Shown piece after piece: positions 62,501 through 64,000 of a stretch of 64,000 nt of DNA. The DNA is from Dudresnaya verticillata (Eukaryota): NCBI GenBank assembly GCA_977862235.1, contig OZ374563.1, forward strand, positions 2,356,001-2,420,000. Reading direction: 5' to 3'. Within the stretch, counting starts at the first letter, position 1. Every line of letters starts with the position of its first letter. The position numbers and the translations under genes were made by a program. The notes under the pieces were generated by a model. The model searched no databases and was not told the DNA's origin. It saw nothing but the letters and a program-made list of their open reading frames with translations.

Positions 62501-63432
62501 CATAGCACTGGCATTCACGATATCAGAGCCGCTATCAGCCGGACTGCGAATCGTGGAGCTGCCTATCTCTTCATTGCTTGACCCTTCAATCCAATCCATT
62601 ACAGCTGCTCCTGCTGCCCTCATTGCTTGTCGAGTTCCACAATCATTTTTCCGATTTTTTGGTGGCGCAAGCGGTCGAGAGGGCAAACTACAGCTACCTG
62701 ACGGACCACTCGACGGCGCAAATGAAGATTCTGGTGGGCTAGACGTAGTAGTCCAACAGGAGGGGGACATTAGAATTTTTGCGGGACTGGGCTTCGCAGC
62801 TGCCGAGGGCACGATCTGCAAGGTTCTCACGCAGCAATTTGGATAACAGTTTGTCCCCGCGATACTCGGAAATATTGCGATCGTAATAATACCGAGAGGT
62901 GTTGGTCTCGCCAGAATGATTATGCCCGGCATGAACATCGGGCAGCGGCGAAAAACATCCCAACCAGTACCATCCACCCTCCTATCACAGACGAAAGAAA
63001 CGGGACACTTGCCATGGCCAGCGTGCGGCGTTCCTTGTCTCAAGCATCTAAACCGGACCTTCCAATCGTGGTATTCGTCGCCACTTTTGACAGGCCTCAC
63101 GTAGTTCTTTGTGAACACGAATCCATGGCGGGCGAAGCTTGCTGCATACTCAGTACAATCACTGACTCGTCGAATGAAGTGCGTTTTCCTTCGTGTGGGT
63201 AACACCGCATCACGGGGTCGGCAATCGCGAGACCGGGGTAGGTGAACCATGGGGCGTGTGAGCACCACTGCACCAGCGTTCGGTGCTGTGACAGAGTAGT
63301 GGGGAGCAACATATCGTTGCGGGTGTGCTGGCGGGTTTTCCGCTGCCTGAGCAGGCACCGAGTCTGTAAATACGCTGCTCGTTTTGGAAGCACTGTGAGA
63401 TGGGGATTCGGCTGCCTCCTGCGCCTCTGTGT
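59525..63432 (-). pseudogene. Mutator-like (MULE) transposase with FAR1/WRKY-like N-terminal zinc motifs, DDE domain and SWIM finger (frameshifted, 5' end lost)
   Basis: FRC...KCPVSF and DCNFHI...HNH; IDCK...FLSDETTESFSWLFQKF...MDQ...LDEWH...TEASN; SWIM CTCRF....FPCPH. Confidence 0.88.
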
Positions 63433-63575
63433 TGTGGTGCAAGGGGAGGTGAGCCCCTTTTTCGCTGAAAGCGGGCAGCAACAAATACGTCGACCGACGG
63501 AGAAACCGACACCGGCGCTCACCACCGCCGTTGGCGCGCGAACACGTCATCGACGGCTCACTGGGGCGCGCGCGC
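63433..63575 (+). repeat. 5' fragment of an LTR (family of 35533-36414) capping the MULE
   Basis: TGTGGTGCAAGGGG...CCCCTTTTTCGCT...ACCGCCGTTGGCGCGCGAACACGTCAT matches the minus strand of 36300-36414. Confidence 0.75.
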
Positions 63576-63611
63576 CCCCAGTGAGCCGAAAGAAGGTATT
63601 GCAATTTGTCA

Positions 63612-64000
63612 TTTGATATGACAAATTGCAATACCTTCTTTCGCCGTCGCTTGGGAGTGCGTTCAAGCATACGCAGAGCATCTCCTGTCGTACCACGGCG
63701 AATGTGAGCCGAACAGACTAGAGTTAGGCAAAAGTTCCATTGCGTGCTGATGAAGAAAACAGATCTTCCGTCCTGTTGTGTTTGGCTTTCTGAAATTGCG
63801 TATTGTACCATCGGAAACCATTCGCACTTCACATCATCAAGCTTCGGCAGGCAGACATGAAACTTTGATCTTCTCGTCTTTTGGGAAACTGTTCACTGCG
63901 CACCGTTCGGTGTTTCGTTGTTTTCGTTTCCGTTGCCGATGCCACATCAAGTTACGCTTGCATTCTGCAGTACTTTCAAGGTCTCCAACACACAAGTCCT
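63612..64000 (+). repeat. Copy of 253-641, continues off window
   Basis: Apparently identical over the 389 bp visible. Confidence 0.95.

Noticed and set aside
253..64000. Duplicated ends as the LTRs or direct repeats of a giant element
   Set aside because: No TG/CA terminus, TSD or recombinase. The junction carries fold-back repair scars, which fits a duplication better.

Overview
Eukaryotic, intron-poor, moderately GC-rich DNA. The style resembles a florideophyte red alga, but that is inference only. About 1-13 kb holds a few single-exon host genes (lipocalin, RING-variant protein, BTB protein) and a probable LINE fragment. From 13.6 kb to the end is a dense, nested transposon island. It contains four mostly degenerate Ty3/Gypsy LTR retrotransposon pieces, two of which show a chromodomain-integrase, and roughly ten solo or partial LTRs, several with 5-bp TSDs, repeatedly inserted into each other's LTRs. 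It also holds a TA-flanked CAGT MITE, a frameshifted Helitron with a small sibling, and a Mutator-like (MULE/SWIM) transposase converging on a large unknown ORF. The most notable feature is that three Gypsy copies carry a conserved ~730-aa ANTISENSE ORF in their 3' region. It has an unrecognised globular core, SUMO-consensus sites and a terminal SIM-like EVIDLLSD motif. In two elements it lies beside GGATAGATG arrays, and two elements carry a tRNA-Tyr-like PBS. The last 389 bp duplicate 253-641 and are joined through a double fold-back junction. All coordinates were read by eye; ends marked approximate may be off by several bases.
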